A stretch of 64,000 bases of DNA. Origin: Candidatus Poribacteria bacterium (GTDB lineage: Bacteria; Poribacteria; WGA-4E; WGA-3G). The translations under genes were made by a program, and so were the position numbers. Numbering within the stretch: the first letter of the stretch is position 1; each line of letters opens with the position of its first letter. The stretch lies in NCBI GenBank assembly GCA_965198235.1, contig OZ240248.1, positions 64,001 to 128,000 of the forward strand, given 5' to 3'. This document shows, in pieces, positions 19,791 through 30,361 of the stretch. A model generated the notes under the pieces. The model was not told the origin of the DNA, made no database searches, and was given only the letters and a program-made list of their open reading frames with translations.

Positions 19791-19891
19791 TTCGTAGAAG
19801 CAAAGTCTGTCCTAACAAGCGATAATGGTATTCGGTTCGTTTGGTATGCCGACAGAGTTTGTCTTCGCTTTGCATTGTCTTAGGGTATCAA

Positions 19892-20674
19892 ATGAAGAGA
19901 AAATTGATTCGTATTTTTATAGTTGTTATATCTGTGGTGACAATCTTTGGGGGGGAACTCAACGCTCGTGGGCACCAACATCTGGTCCAAAAAGGCGATA
20001 CGTTGTGGGGGCTTTCTCGGAAATACAAAGTACCTCTCAAATCGATTATCCGAGCTAACAGCATTCAGCCAACGAAACGGTTACAGATCGGAGAAAAACT
20101 CTTAATTCCTGGAGCCCCCGTTGAAGGAATTTGGTATCGGGTTAAAGCTGGGGATACGCTGTCTGGTATTGCGAGTCGTCATAATGTCAACTGGCAAGAC
20201 CTTCAGCGAATTAATGGTATCTCTTCGCCTCGCACCCTCCAGATTGGCACCAGAATTCGTATTCAACGAGATGACAGTCTCCGTTTTGGAAATCCGCTTC
20301 GGGTCCCTTTAGTTGTAACCTCAAAGTATGGTTATCGGCCTCACCCTGTGACTCGCCGCTACCAGCGCCATGAAGGTATAGATTTCCGTGCCTCCACTGG
20401 TACCCGCGTTTATGCTTCACGAGCAGGTCGGGTTATCTTTGCTGGATGGAGAGGTGGTTACGGTAAGATCGTAGGTATCGAACACGGGGACGATTTTACG
20501 ACATGGTATGGACACTTGTCACGTATTAGAGTGAGGGTTGGGCAAACTGTCAGAAAAGGAAAGGTAATTGGGCTTTCCGGGAACACGGGTATTTCAACAG
20601 GACCCCATTTACATTTTGAAATTAGGTACAAAGACAGAAGTGAAAATCCAACGAATCACATTACTATACCATAA
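19892..20674 (+). CDS. LysM-LysM-M23 peptidase
   Basis: Two LysM repeats (VQKGDTL, VKAGDTL); HEGIDF, YGHL, TGPHLHFE. Confidence 0.93.
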   Translation: MKRKLIRIFIVVISVVTIFGGELNARGHQHLVQKGDTLWGLSRKYKVPLKSIIRANSIQPTKRLQIGEKLLIPGAPVEGIWYRVKAGDTLSGIASRHNVNWQDLQRINGISSPRTLQIGTRIRIQRDDSLRFGNPLRVPLVVTSKYGYRPHPVTRRYQRHEGIDFRASTGTRVYASRAGRVIFAGWRGGYGKIVGIEHGDDFTTWYGHLSRIRVRVGQTVRKGKVIGLSGNTGISTGPHLHFEIRYKDRSENPTNHITIP

Positions 20675-22115
20675 ACAGGGTTTGCTACTTGTAGCAATTG
20701 TTTTTCTCTTATTAGCGTACTTTCTCGGTCAAGAAAGCACATTATCAGACCCTCTTAACCTGAGACCCGAAGTCGGCACGCGTGGACTTGGGTTGAGCGG
20801 CGCGTTTATTAGCAGCGCAGATGACGCGACAAGTCCCCTCTGGAATCCTGCGGGACTTGCCGCGTTGCAGCGTGGAAACCTGATTTACGACCTATCCCAA
20901 GGCGCTGTCTCCATCGCTTATCCTATCAAATATATTGGCACATTTGGTGTAAATTTCCTTGATTTAAATCGCAGCGATCGATTTCTCGTAGAACATACGG
21001 CGAACCCGATTGGTAGTTTCGAACTCGGCAATAACCAAGCACTTTTCTCTTATGCAAGGAAGTTCGGAACTTTTCAACTGGGTGCCAGCACAGGGTATAG
21101 TCGGGCACCTTATTACGGTAGCCTCTGGGCACAAAATTATGATGTGGGTGTGCTCACAGAGCTTAACCCTTACCTTGCTGTGGGGATGCGGTTACGCGAC
21201 ATTGCTGGGGTAACCATTCGACATAGAGATGGGCAGGTGTTACAAACCTTCGATCAGCAACTTGCCCTCGGCGCAGTCTTAACGCCTCACCCGATTATCC
21301 GATGGCATAACCGACTCGATATTATCCATCCCTGTTTTGGTACAAGCGTAGAAATCGGAAATAGAACGATCGCTGCTCGCGTCGGATCAATGTTTACCTT
21401 TGGCACCGGAACCCCTTCCCAATCTTGGAGTATAGGGTTTTCATTTAACCAATTAGGAAAGCAGTTCCATTATACATATTTGAATCACGATGATTTCAAG
21501 CATAGACATCTCGCTTCAGTAGGCATGTCTTTTGGCGGCACACAACTTATTTCACAGAAACCTCAAGCCAGCGACACTATCACAACGCAATCAACAGAAA
21601 CGAAATCGGTAACTCAGACGCGACAACCAAAACAAAAAGGTTCAGAATACAAGGCTGCCCAAATCGCACGGGAATACGACATTGATGTAGCACTCATGCT
21701 TGCTATTATTCATACCGAATCTAACTTTAACCCACTCGCCGTGTCGAAGAACGGAGCAGCAGGCTTAATGCAGATAATGCCTGATGCCGGACGAGACCTT
21801 GGGCTCAAGGTGCCGCAGTACAAAAATAGAAGAAAACCGAAACTCGATCCGAACATAGATGAACGATTTGACCCTAACAAGAACTTGCACGCTGGTTTAA
21901 CTTATTTCAAGATGCTTTATAAAAAACATTTGAACAATTTGACTCTGGCACTCGGAGCGTACAACGTCGGTCCCGCTAAGGTGAGAATACGCGGTCCCCT
22001 TATTAGCAGAGGTAAAAGATATGCGAAGAAGGTGATTAACCGTTCCCAATATTACCGTGATAAGGCAACACAAATGGAGATTGATCTTAAGCGGTTAGAA
22101 AGAATTCTGAACTAA
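20640..22115 (+). CDS. PorV/FadL-like barrel N-domain fused to a lytic transglycosylase (SLT)
   Basis: GTRGLGLSGAF..ADDATSPLWNPAGL; C-terminal ESNFNPLAVS..GLMQIMP..AYNVG; GTG start inferred. Confidence 0.8.
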   Translation: MKIQRITLLYHKQGLLLVAIVFLLLAYFLGQESTLSDPLNLRPEVGTRGLGLSGAFISSADDATSPLWNPAGLAALQRGNLIYDLSQGAVSIAYPIKYIGTFGVNFLDLNRSDRFLVEHTANPIGSFELGNNQALFSYARKFGTFQLGASTGYSRAPYYGSLWAQNYDVGVLTELNPYLAVGMRLRDIAGVTIRHRDGQVLQTFDQQLALGAVLTPHPIIRWHNRLDIIHPCFGTSVEIGNRTIAARVGSMFTFGTGTPSQSWSIGFSFNQLGKQFHYTYLNHDDFKHRHLASVGMSFGGTQLISQKPQASDTITTQSTETKSVTQTRQPKQKGSEYKAAQIAREYDIDVALMLAIIHTESNFNPLAVSKNGAAGLMQIMPDAGRDLGLKVPQYKNRRKPKLDPNIDERFDPNKNLHAGLTYFKMLYKKHLNNLTLALGAYNVGPAKVRIRGPLISRGKRYAKKVINRSQYYRDKATQMEIDLKRLERILN

Positions 22116-22151
22116 AGAAGGCGCGAAGCGCGCCAACTGCAGGGAGATAGC

Positions 22152-23408
22152 ATGGATAAAATTAGATTGGCAATCGTTGGATGTGGCGGTATGGGACACC
22201 GACACATGTATGGGTTAGCAGAACTTCATCGAGCAGGATGGACGCGGTTTAACCTTGTCGGTGCTTGTGACCCTGTTCTCGCTAACGCCGAGTCGCTCGC
22301 TGCGCAAGCAGAAGAACGTTTCGGTCAGAAACCTGCTGTTGTTGGAAGTCTGGAAGCACTTGCTGAAGTCGGCGTGGATGCTGTGGATGTGACGACTACG
22401 CCACCGTATCATCACACCGTCGCTATTGAAACCCTTGAGCGTGGCTGGCACACTATGGTCGAAAAGCCGATGGGGTTAACCGTTCGAGCGTGTAACCTCA
22501 TTCGCCGTGCCGCCGATGCGTCCGATGCAATTCTCAGCGTCGCGGAGAACTATCGGCGCGATCCGATCAATCGACTTGCGAAGGCACTGCTGAATGCAGA
22601 AGTCATCGGCACACCCCGTTTTCTCATCCACCACGCAATCGGTGGAGCAAACCGTATGACTATCTCCGTCTGGCGACACCAGAAAGACCAAAGTGGTGTA
22701 TTACTCGATGTAGGTGTTCACTATGCTGACATGATGGAGTATCTTCTTGGTGAAATTGACACTGTCTATGCGCAAACACGTCTTCATGAACCTATCCGGC
22801 ATAATCCCGCCGCGGTGACGGGTGAATCCAGTTCTAACCCTGCTGGGGTGTATACGAAATGGCAACGCAAAATGCCTGCTGAATTTGAGGCAACCGCAGA
22901 AGATGCCGCTTATGCAACCTTGACTTTCAAAAACGGCGTTGTCGGGCAATATATTGAGGAACATGCCGCATGGGGACAAGGCGGTTGGCTCCGCCAGATT
23001 CACGGATCCCAAGGCTCTATGACCCTCCCCGGCGACCGAAGCGGCGGACTTATTACCCTCAATATTGATGGGCAGGAAACGATTAACAACGAACGACTTT
23101 TGGAGCTCGTTCCAGACTTTCACTTAGATGCTGTCACAGCAGACCTTTTCGGCGGCGACCGATTGTGGAACTACGCGTTTACGCAAGGTGACGCGAAGAA
23201 TATTGCCATTGAATACGGTGAATTTGCTGAAGCCATTGCTGGCAATCGGACAGTTGAAGTCGATGCCTACCAAGGCACACGCTCCGTCGCTGTCTCTTAC
23301 GCAATTCTTGAGTCCGGTGCAACGGGACAGATCGTTCAAATAGATCAGATGCTGGATGAGTCAATTAATACATACCAGCGTGAAATTGACGACGGGTTAG
23401 GTATCTAA
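22152..23408 (+). CDS. Gfo/Idh/MocA oxidoreductase
   Basis: AIVGCGGMG, VEKPM, DVGVH. Confidence 0.9.
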   Translation: MDKIRLAIVGCGGMGHRHMYGLAELHRAGWTRFNLVGACDPVLANAESLAAQAEERFGQKPAVVGSLEALAEVGVDAVDVTTTPPYHHTVAIETLERGWHTMVEKPMGLTVRACNLIRRAADASDAILSVAENYRRDPINRLAKALLNAEVIGTPRFLIHHAIGGANRMTISVWRHQKDQSGVLLDVGVHYADMMEYLLGEIDTVYAQTRLHEPIRHNPAAVTGESSSNPAGVYTKWQRKMPAEFEATAEDAAYATLTFKNGVVGQYIEEHAAWGQGGWLRQIHGSQGSMTLPGDRSGGLITLNIDGQETINNERLLELVPDFHLDAVTADLFGGDRLWNYAFTQGDAKNIAIEYGEFAEAIAGNRTVEVDAYQGTRSVAVSYAILESGATGQIVQIDQMLDESINTYQREIDDGLGI

Positions 23409-23445
23409 CCGTCTCGCAGTTGTGCGTTGGAGGACAATCCACACA

Positions 23446-24510
23446 ATGACAAGCAAGCAGGAATTCGGCATCGGTTTGATTGGGTTGGGTATCGGACAGC
23501 AGCATCTGCTCGGTTATCAACGCCAAGGTTTACGCGTTGCTGCAATCTGTGACAAAGATGCAGAACGCCTTAACGAGGTTGGAGAACGGTTTCAAATCGA
23601 TAAGCGATATACCCGCATCACCGACCTAATTGCCGATGCTGATGTTGATGTGGTTGACATGGCAGTGCAGCCGTGGATCCGTTCCCCTATCGTCAAAGCC
23701 GCTGCTAAGGCTGGCAAGCATATTCTCTGCCAAAAGCCGTTCTCGATGTCGATGCAACAAGCCGTTGAGATGGTGGAACTCTGTGAGCAACACAACGTGC
23801 AGCTTATGGTGAACCAGAATTCCTACTTTGTTCCGGGTTTCCTCGCTATTGAACCTTACATCAATGCTGAGCACCTTGGCGAAATCTACCATGTCTCAAT
23901 AACCTGCAACGGATTCTATACTGAGTTCCCAGAACGCCACTTGATTCCAGCGATGCAGGTGCATCATATTGGACTCATCTATAAATGGTTCGGTGAATAT
24001 GAGAGCGTTTACTGCCAAGCGCACGGACATAACCGCTCTATTGAGGACGGAGAAACCGTTTCGCTCGCGCTTTTCAAGAGTCGGAACGGCATACAGGGGT
24101 TGCTTTCGTGTAACTGGGCGTTCCTCGCCAATCCCGGACGCAATTTACAAAATCCGCACGAGGAAATCCGCATCCAAGGCACTAAAGGGGCGATCTACGG
24201 AAACAGCGATGACATGACCGTTCACCTCACGGAGCCGGAAGTACGTGAAATTAAACCCTCGATAGAGGGGACGTGGTTTCCAGATGCCTTTGGAAACGTC
24301 ATGGCGCACTTTTTGGAATGTCTACGTACCGGAGAAAAGCCTATCACTCATGGACGCGGCAATCTGCACATCGTCCAAACGCTTTTCGCCATGCACCAGT
24401 CCGCGAGTTCAGGGGAAGTTGTCCTGCTTGACGATATTTCGTTAAGTGGCGACTACGATCTGAACCCTCATCCCGTCCACAACGCGGATGATATTACTAT
24501 TTTGCAGTAA
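23446..24510 (+). CDS. Gfo/Idh/MocA oxidoreductase
   Basis: GLIGLGIG, GKHILCQKP. Confidence 0.88.
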   Translation: MTSKQEFGIGLIGLGIGQQHLLGYQRQGLRVAAICDKDAERLNEVGERFQIDKRYTRITDLIADADVDVVDMAVQPWIRSPIVKAAAKAGKHILCQKPFSMSMQQAVEMVELCEQHNVQLMVNQNSYFVPGFLAIEPYINAEHLGEIYHVSITCNGFYTEFPERHLIPAMQVHHIGLIYKWFGEYESVYCQAHGHNRSIEDGETVSLALFKSRNGIQGLLSCNWAFLANPGRNLQNPHEEIRIQGTKGAIYGNSDDMTVHLTEPEVREIKPSIEGTWFPDAFGNVMAHFLECLRTGEKPITHGRGNLHIVQTLFAMHQSASSGEVVLLDDISLSGDYDLNPHPVHNADDITILQ

Positions 24511-24592
24511 CACCACCGTAGGCGCACAGTGTCGTTGGGTAAAATCTCAAACTCACCTGCTTTCGCCAGTTTGTTCAAACGGGTTACCCTAT

Positions 24593-25780
24593 CTACCAAT
24601 CCCCTCTCCGGTCATCCCAGAGGTGCGCTTTGACAGCCTCCTCGTTGAGCTCAGTTCCCCACCCCGGACGCGTCGGGATTTTCATGTAACCATCCACAAT
24701 GTCTGGGACATGCGTCGTCAAGTCGTCTTTCCACGGGACATCATCAATATCAATCTCCATGATTCGCACATTGGGCAAGACAGCACAAAGACTCGCGCTC
24801 ATGTGGGTAGCAAGGTGGCTGTAGTAGTTGTGCGGTGCGACATTAAGTTGAAACACGTTCGCCAAGTCACCAATCTTCTTTGATGGTGCGAATCCGTTCC
24901 ACGGCACGTCTATCATGAACACATCGGCAGCACGACATTCAAAATACGGGAGGTATTCGCGCATGTAATAGAGGTTTTCGCCGGTACATATCTTTGTCGT
25001 TGTAGAATCCTTGATTTGCCGGATAGCCTCGTGGTCGTACATGTCGATTTCCAGCCACAGCATGTCGAACTGCTCAAGGACTTTGGCGATACGCATGCAC
25101 GCCTCCGGTTTGAAGTTGAAATTCAGATCGAGGTTGATACTGACATCGGGACCCACGGCTTCTCTGAAAGTGCCTATTAAGGTTTCAATGTGCCGTAAAA
25201 CTTGAGGCGTTACATTCCCGTCGGTAGTACCGGGTCCACCGCCGAAGCCTCCGAAATGGACAGATGCGGAGTCACCGGGAAAAATGACGTTGGTTTTGAG
25301 CGCAGTGAAGCCTCTTTCGACAACTTCACGACCTAATGCGGCGATGTCATCCATGCTTTTTAAGGGCGGCACGCCAATAAGCTCATAGTTGCGTGCCCGG
25401 GAAGAACCACAGTGCGACCAGTAGACACGTACATCATCGCGTGTCGGTCCACCGAACAACTCAACAACCGAAATTCCCAACGCTTTCGCCTTAATGTCTA
25501 CCAGCGCACATTCAATACCGGCGATCGCTTTCGCGGCGATACCCCCAGGACTTTGCCGAGAGCCGCGAATCATGTCCCAAAACCGCATCTCATAAGCGCG
25601 TGGATCTCGTCCAATCAGCAGTGGGGTAAAGTCCTTGATAGTTCCTACGACGCCGTTAGGATTCCTGCCGTCGCTACATTCGCCGTAGCCAGTGACACCT
25701 TCGTCGGTTTCCACTTTCACGAAAGTCCACGGACGCCAACCAGCATCCACAATAAAAGTTTCAATATTTGTAATTTTCAT
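24593..25780 (-). CDS. Mandelate racemase/galactonate dehydratase-like enolase-superfamily enzyme
   Basis: VKVETDEGVTGYGE, DIKAKALG, CTGEN, PTRPGWG. Confidence 0.9.
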   Translation of the reverse strand: MKITNIETFIVDAGWRPWTFVKVETDEGVTGYGECSDGRNPNGVVGTIKDFTPLLIGRDPRAYEMRFWDMIRGSRQSPGGIAAKAIAGIECALVDIKAKALGISVVELFGGPTRDDVRVYWSHCGSSRARNYELIGVPPLKSMDDIAALGREVVERGFTALKTNVIFPGDSASVHFGGFGGGPGTTDGNVTPQVLRHIETLIGTFREAVGPDVSINLDLNFNFKPEACMRIAKVLEQFDMLWLEIDMYDHEAIRQIKDSTTTKICTGENLYYMREYLPYFECRAADVFMIDVPWNGFAPSKKIGDLANVFQLNVAPHNYYSHLATHMSASLCAVLPNVRIMEIDIDDVPWKDDLTTHVPDIVDGYMKIPTRPGWGTELNEEAVKAHLWDDRRGDW

Positions 25781-25807
25781 AGCAATCCTCAATTTATTTT
25801 TCTGGTA

Positions 25808-26809
25808 TTACAACTTGACCACTTCTTTACATCGATCTGATTCAAGTAATGCATCACAGACGCGCACCGTGTTTACTGCCACTTCGGGCCACTTTGCCTC
25901 AAGGTTCCCAGATTGCACGATATGAGAGAACCGCTCAATCATTGTGACCTCTTGGATGCATCCCTCGATAGTATTCCGTTCGTTCCCATCTGCTCCATGA
26001 ACCCAAAACCGAGCGGAGTCCTCAGATGTAGGGACAGTGAAATCATCACAAACGATTGACGCACGCGTGCCGGCTACCTCAAACCACTTTCGAAGTCCTG
26101 TATTAAACCCACAATCTAAGGTAGCGATGCGTTCATCACTGAACCAGAGGATACCTGTAAGGTTAAAATCCACTCCGACTTTGTAACGCGCCGTCGCGAA
26201 AACCTGTGTCGGCATCTCCTCAAATGCCCAGAGAATCGCGCGGATACAGTAGTAGCCTAAATCTCCGAGACTTCCACCTGCGAACTCCTTCATCGCGCGG
26301 ATATTCCCGACAGGAATTGTGTCCCAATTGAAAGTAAACGCCGCTGTCACGCGTCGGAGCCGCCCGAGGGTGCTGTCAATTAACTTCTGCTTCATCGCCG
26401 CGGTGCGCTCATGGTGAACCCACATAACACCATCCATGAGCTGCACACCATTTTGGCGACAGGCATCTGCCATTGCAACAGCCTCGTCAGCGTTTGCAGC
26501 GAGCGGTTTCTCACAGAGGACGTGTTTGCCGTGTTCGGCTGCTCTGATTGTCCAGTCGGCGTGGAGTGAGGGAGGTAAGGGAATGTAAATGGCATCGAGT
26601 GAGTCATCAGCGAGAAGTGCGTCGTAGGTGCCGTAAGTCGTAGAGACATTCTGCGCTTGTCCCCACGCAGCAGCACGTTCTTCGGTCCGACTCGCGACCG
26701 CTATTAAGTCAGCATTCCGAGCAAGATGAATCGCGCGGGCAACTTTTGTGGCGATATTTGCTGTGCTGAGGATCCCCCAGCGGACAGGGTGTTTGGCTTC
26801 AGTTGTCAT
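25808..26809 (-). CDS. Gfo/Idh/MocA oxidoreductase
   Basis: WGILSTANIA, GKHVLCEKP, GGSLGDLGYY. Confidence 0.92.
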   Translation of the reverse strand: MTTEAKHPVRWGILSTANIATKVARAIHLARNADLIAVASRTEERAAAWGQAQNVSTTYGTYDALLADDSLDAIYIPLPPSLHADWTIRAAEHGKHVLCEKPLAANADEAVAMADACRQNGVQLMDGVMWVHHERTAAMKQKLIDSTLGRLRRVTAAFTFNWDTIPVGNIRAMKEFAGGSLGDLGYYCIRAILWAFEEMPTQVFATARYKVGVDFNLTGILWFSDERIATLDCGFNTGLRKWFEVAGTRASIVCDDFTVPTSEDSARFWVHGADGNERNTIEGCIQEVTMIERFSHIVQSGNLEAKWPEVAVNTVRVCDALLESDRCKEVVKL

Positions 26810-27027
26810 ATTGTTTCGTCTGATATGAAGTTGTCTGTTCTGGTGCTTGAATTTACTATAATATACCGCGTAACAGAAAATTAATCAAGCATATAGGAAT
26901 AGAACCGAATCGATTTTATCTTGAATTTCAGCACGAAAATGATATAATTAGAACATTGAAATAATAAGCATTTCGCACGCTGTCAATAGACTGAAGCATA
27001 CACTGCATATGCTATCAAAGGAGTTTT

Positions 27028-28194
27028 ATGAACACTAAAAAATTCCCACTATTCGCATCTCTGTTTGCGATTGTTGGACTAATTGTGGGATTTTCCGCTT
27101 GCGATCGAGTTTCCCGGATTATCCAACCTGCCACACCTCAGATGGCGGAAACCAGTGAAGATATTTCCATCGGTGCCGTCTTACCTTTGACAGGTCGGCT
27201 CAGTGACTCGTTTGGTATCCCAATATCGCGAGGCTTTGAATTGGCACTCGATGAGATTAACGCCGCACAACACAATGGCGCACAACTCAAACTCATCATT
27301 GAAGACGATCAGAGCACGGTAGAAGGCGCAGTTGAGGCTTTTAACAAACTTATTCACCAAGATGGGGTGTCTGTTATTCTCGGACCTGCCACCTCAAGTC
27401 AAACTGAGGAAGGTTTTCCGATTGCACAAGAGAATCAGGTAGTAGCGATAAGCCCGACATCCGCTGCCCGCGGTCTCAGCGCGATTGGCGATTTTGTCTT
27501 TCGCGTCGCGCTTACCACAGATGTACTCACCCCAAGCGGCATTGAAGCAACGCAGACAAAACTCGGTTATCAACAAGCCGCTACGATATATGATAAGGCA
27601 GATCTTTTCGCTACCGATGCCGACGCAGCTGTCCGGGAAGTACTCGCTGCTAAAGGGATTGAAGTGATAGCCACTGAAACCTTCCAAGGTGGCGATACCG
27701 ACTTTTCTGAACAGTTAACCCGAATACAGGCACTGAATCCTGACATCATCTTTGTTTCATCTCTACCACCAGAAAAGCCTGGAATACTAACCCAAGGGCA
27801 TCAACTCGGTATATCTGCCCCTTTTATAGTGCGCACATTAACTGGAGCAGATGTACAAGCCGCAGGCGCAGCTGCTGAAGGAGCGATGACTTTTATAGGA
27901 TGGGGTGCCGCTATTGATACGCCAGAAAATCAGGTATTTGTGCAGAATTATAATGCCAAATTTGGTATGGAACCGAACAACTACGCTGCGCGTTCGTATG
28001 CCACACTGTATATCCTCGCGGAAGCGATCGCGAATGCTCAATCAACAGATGCCGCCGCGATTCGAGACGCACTTGCGAACATCAGCGATTTTGACACAAT
28101 TTTGGGTAAGTTCTCTTTTGATGCTAACGGGGACGCAGTTTACGACGCGAAAGTCTTGATTGTCAAGGATGGCGAATTAGTACTCTTTGAGTAG
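27028..28194 (+). CDS. LivK-type ABC substrate-binding lipoprotein
   Basis: Lipobox FSAC; IGAVLPLTG; DTDFSEQLTRI; no permease genes adjacent. Confidence 0.9.
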   Translation: MNTKKFPLFASLFAIVGLIVGFSACDRVSRIIQPATPQMAETSEDISIGAVLPLTGRLSDSFGIPISRGFELALDEINAAQHNGAQLKLIIEDDQSTVEGAVEAFNKLIHQDGVSVILGPATSSQTEEGFPIAQENQVVAISPTSAARGLSAIGDFVFRVALTTDVLTPSGIEATQTKLGYQQAATIYDKADLFATDADAAVREVLAAKGIEVIATETFQGGDTDFSEQLTRIQALNPDIIFVSSLPPEKPGILTQGHQLGISAPFIVRTLTGADVQAAGAAAEGAMTFIGWGAAIDTPENQVFVQNYNAKFGMEPNNYAARSYATLYILAEAIANAQSTDAAAIRDALANISDFDTILGKFSFDANGDAVYDAKVLIVKDGELVLFE

Positions 28195-28320
28195 TCCACT
28201 GTTGAGTAACACATTAGGACGCACGAACATCTCTGATTTTTGGTGCATCTACTGCTGGTGTACTTTTCAGGAGTGTTCAGTTTTCCGTAAGTCATAGAGG
28301 TCTTTTAGTTCAGAAAAATT

Positions 28321-29178
28321 GTGCAAAATTCATTAAACCAATTTTATACTAAATCAGAGGTCGCGAGAGCATGTTGGAAGCATTTCACGGACACGCTTTC
28401 AACCCTAAACCGAAGTCTCAGCGACCTCTTTTTCATTGAGCCTGCTGCTGGCACTGGTGCGTTTTACAAACTCTTACCGTCGGAAAAGCGATTGGGCATG
28501 GATCTCGTGCCAAAATGTAGCGATGTGAAGTTCCAAGACTTCTTTAAAATCACCGATTTCCCGTTCACACCCAGTGATACAGCCATTATCGGTAATCCAC
28601 CCTTTGGCAAACGTGGAAAATTAGCGATAGACTTCTTTAACCATGCCGCCCGCTTGGCAGATATTGTCGCGTTTATCGTGCCTGTCAATTTCCGAAAGTT
28701 TGGCACTCACAAGCACCTTGATACCAGCATGCGGTTTATCAGTAAATTGCCACTTCCAAGAGATGCGTTCTATCTCGAAACTGGCAAATCCTATTCGGTA
28801 AATACGGAGTTCCAGACATGGACCCGTTTGGTAAGTGCACACCCAGACATGCGACAATACAAACCTTTACCGATTCGACATCGTGATTTTCAGATATGGC
28901 AGTATAACAACACATCTGACGCTTTGAAAGTCTTTCAAAACCCCTTCGATTTTGCTGTGCCGTGTCAGGGATGGCAGGATTACTCTCGCAGAGAGACAGA
29001 TGAAAAGCGGTGTGAGCGGAATAAGCAGTGGATGCTTTTAAAAGCGAACAACTTTAACGTTTTATCACGGTTGATACATATTGATTATGAGCATCTGGCA
29101 CAGGAGTGTGCTACGGCTGTTCCGGGTTTTCGGAAGGGGGACCTGGTGAAGGTGTACGCAGATTACTATGAGAAATAG
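28321..29178 (+). CDS. Orphan putative N6-adenine DNA methyltransferase
   Basis: QFYT, FIEPAAGTGAF (motif I), IIGNPPFG (motif IV). Confidence 0.8.
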   Translation: MQNSLNQFYTKSEVARACWKHFTDTLSTLNRSLSDLFFIEPAAGTGAFYKLLPSEKRLGMDLVPKCSDVKFQDFFKITDFPFTPSDTAIIGNPPFGKRGKLAIDFFNHAARLADIVAFIVPVNFRKFGTHKHLDTSMRFISKLPLPRDAFYLETGKSYSVNTEFQTWTRLVSAHPDMRQYKPLPIRHRDFQIWQYNNTSDALKVFQNPFDFAVPCQGWQDYSRRETDEKRCERNKQWMLLKANNFNVLSRLIHIDYEHLAQECATAVPGFRKGDLVKVYADYYEK

Positions 29179-29227
29179 GATTTACTTCAGAACAGCCTGT
29201 GTGAGATTGTTTGCTATCCTGTTAACT

Positions 29228-30361
29228 TTAGTGATTGGTTCTGAACCGTTCAGGTCGATAGGGCGAGAACCAGTCCACCCTTGCATCGTCGGCAATTTCC
29301 AAGGTTGCCATTTCACCCACCAAAGGTGCCAATGTTACACCGCTGTGCATTAAGGCGATATACAGATTTTGCACCGCTTCGGTAAACCCAAGTACCGGAA
29401 ACCCATCGAGCGGCATTGGACGATATCCGACCGGTGTTGGAATCGCTTCAGCGTCTGTTATCGCTGGCAAATAAGCTTTGGCACGAGCGAGGAGAGCATC
29501 GGCGTGCTGTTGAGAATTATCACGGTTTATCCCTTCTTGAGTACCCTGTCCGATGCTAAGACTCCCATCAGCCAGTTGTCGGAGGTGGAGATGCTGATGA
29601 TTCTCATCCTTCGACGGTGCATGAATGATCGCAACGTTATGTAAAACCTTAGCACACGGCGTTGTCTTAATAACGATACCCGGACTCCGTTGTTGCGGAA
29701 TATGTGTATGCGCTAAGGACGCGAGTTCAGTCGTCTGAACACCGCTTGCTAAGACAACAACATCGCACGGAAATTCGGCATCGGCGGTTTTGACAGCAGC
29801 GACACTACCGTTCCGAATAACAAACCCAGTAACGCTGGTTTGCGGGTGCACAACCGCACCCGTTTCGCGCGCGTGCTGGAGGCAAGCATCGATGAATCTG
29901 TCGGTTTCAACGTGGATATCTGCATCAGAAAAGGACGCTGCCGCCACAGTACCAGGGTGCAAGTGTGGCTCAAGTGTCAACATCTCGTCACGAGTGATTA
30001 GCCGACACGGGTAACCCCACGTCTGGATTTGCTGGATGCGTTGGCACAGTTGCGTCGCACGTTGTGGATCGTTTTCCCACCGCATTTCGCCCCCATAGTG
30101 AATACCTATATCTGCATCAAGTTGATGGGCAAGTCGGTACCACATATCCAACGAACGTCGATTGAGGGTATGGTAGGCACGCGGATCTTTCCCAAAGGCA
30201 TTTGCCCACGCGAAAGAGTGTCCAGATGCCCCGGCGCCGGGAATGTCGCGCTCCAGAACCGTTACAGCGATACCATTTCGTCGGGACAGATGATACGCGA
30301 TCGCGGCACCGATGACACCCGCACCGACTATCACAATTTTTAAATGATTGCTTCTGGTCAT
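29228..30361 (-). CDS. FAD-dependent oxidoreductase (DAO/glycine oxidase family)
   Basis: IVIVGAGVIG, GYRPMPLDG, HSGVTLAP. Confidence 0.9.
   Translation of the reverse strand: MTRSNHLKIVIVGAGVIGAAIAYHLSRRNGIAVTVLERDIPGAGASGHSFAWANAFGKDPRAYHTLNRRSLDMWYRLAHQLDADIGIHYGGEMRWENDPQRATQLCQRIQQIQTWGYPCRLITRDEMLTLEPHLHPGTVAAASFSDADIHVETDRFIDACLQHARETGAVVHPQTSVTGFVIRNGSVAAVKTADAEFPCDVVVLASGVQTTELASLAHTHIPQQRSPGIVIKTTPCAKVLHNVAIIHAPSKDENHQHLHLRQLADGSLSIGQGTQEGINRDNSQQHADALLARAKAYLPAITDAEAIPTPVGYRPMPLDGFPVLGFTEAVQNLYIALMHSGVTLAPLVGEMATLEIADDARVDWFSPYRPERFRTNH

Noticed and set aside
24777-24787. 11-nt match (AAGACAGCACA) to the predicted guide of the first TnpB
   Set aside because: Short, not preceded by the candidate TAM, and compatible with chance
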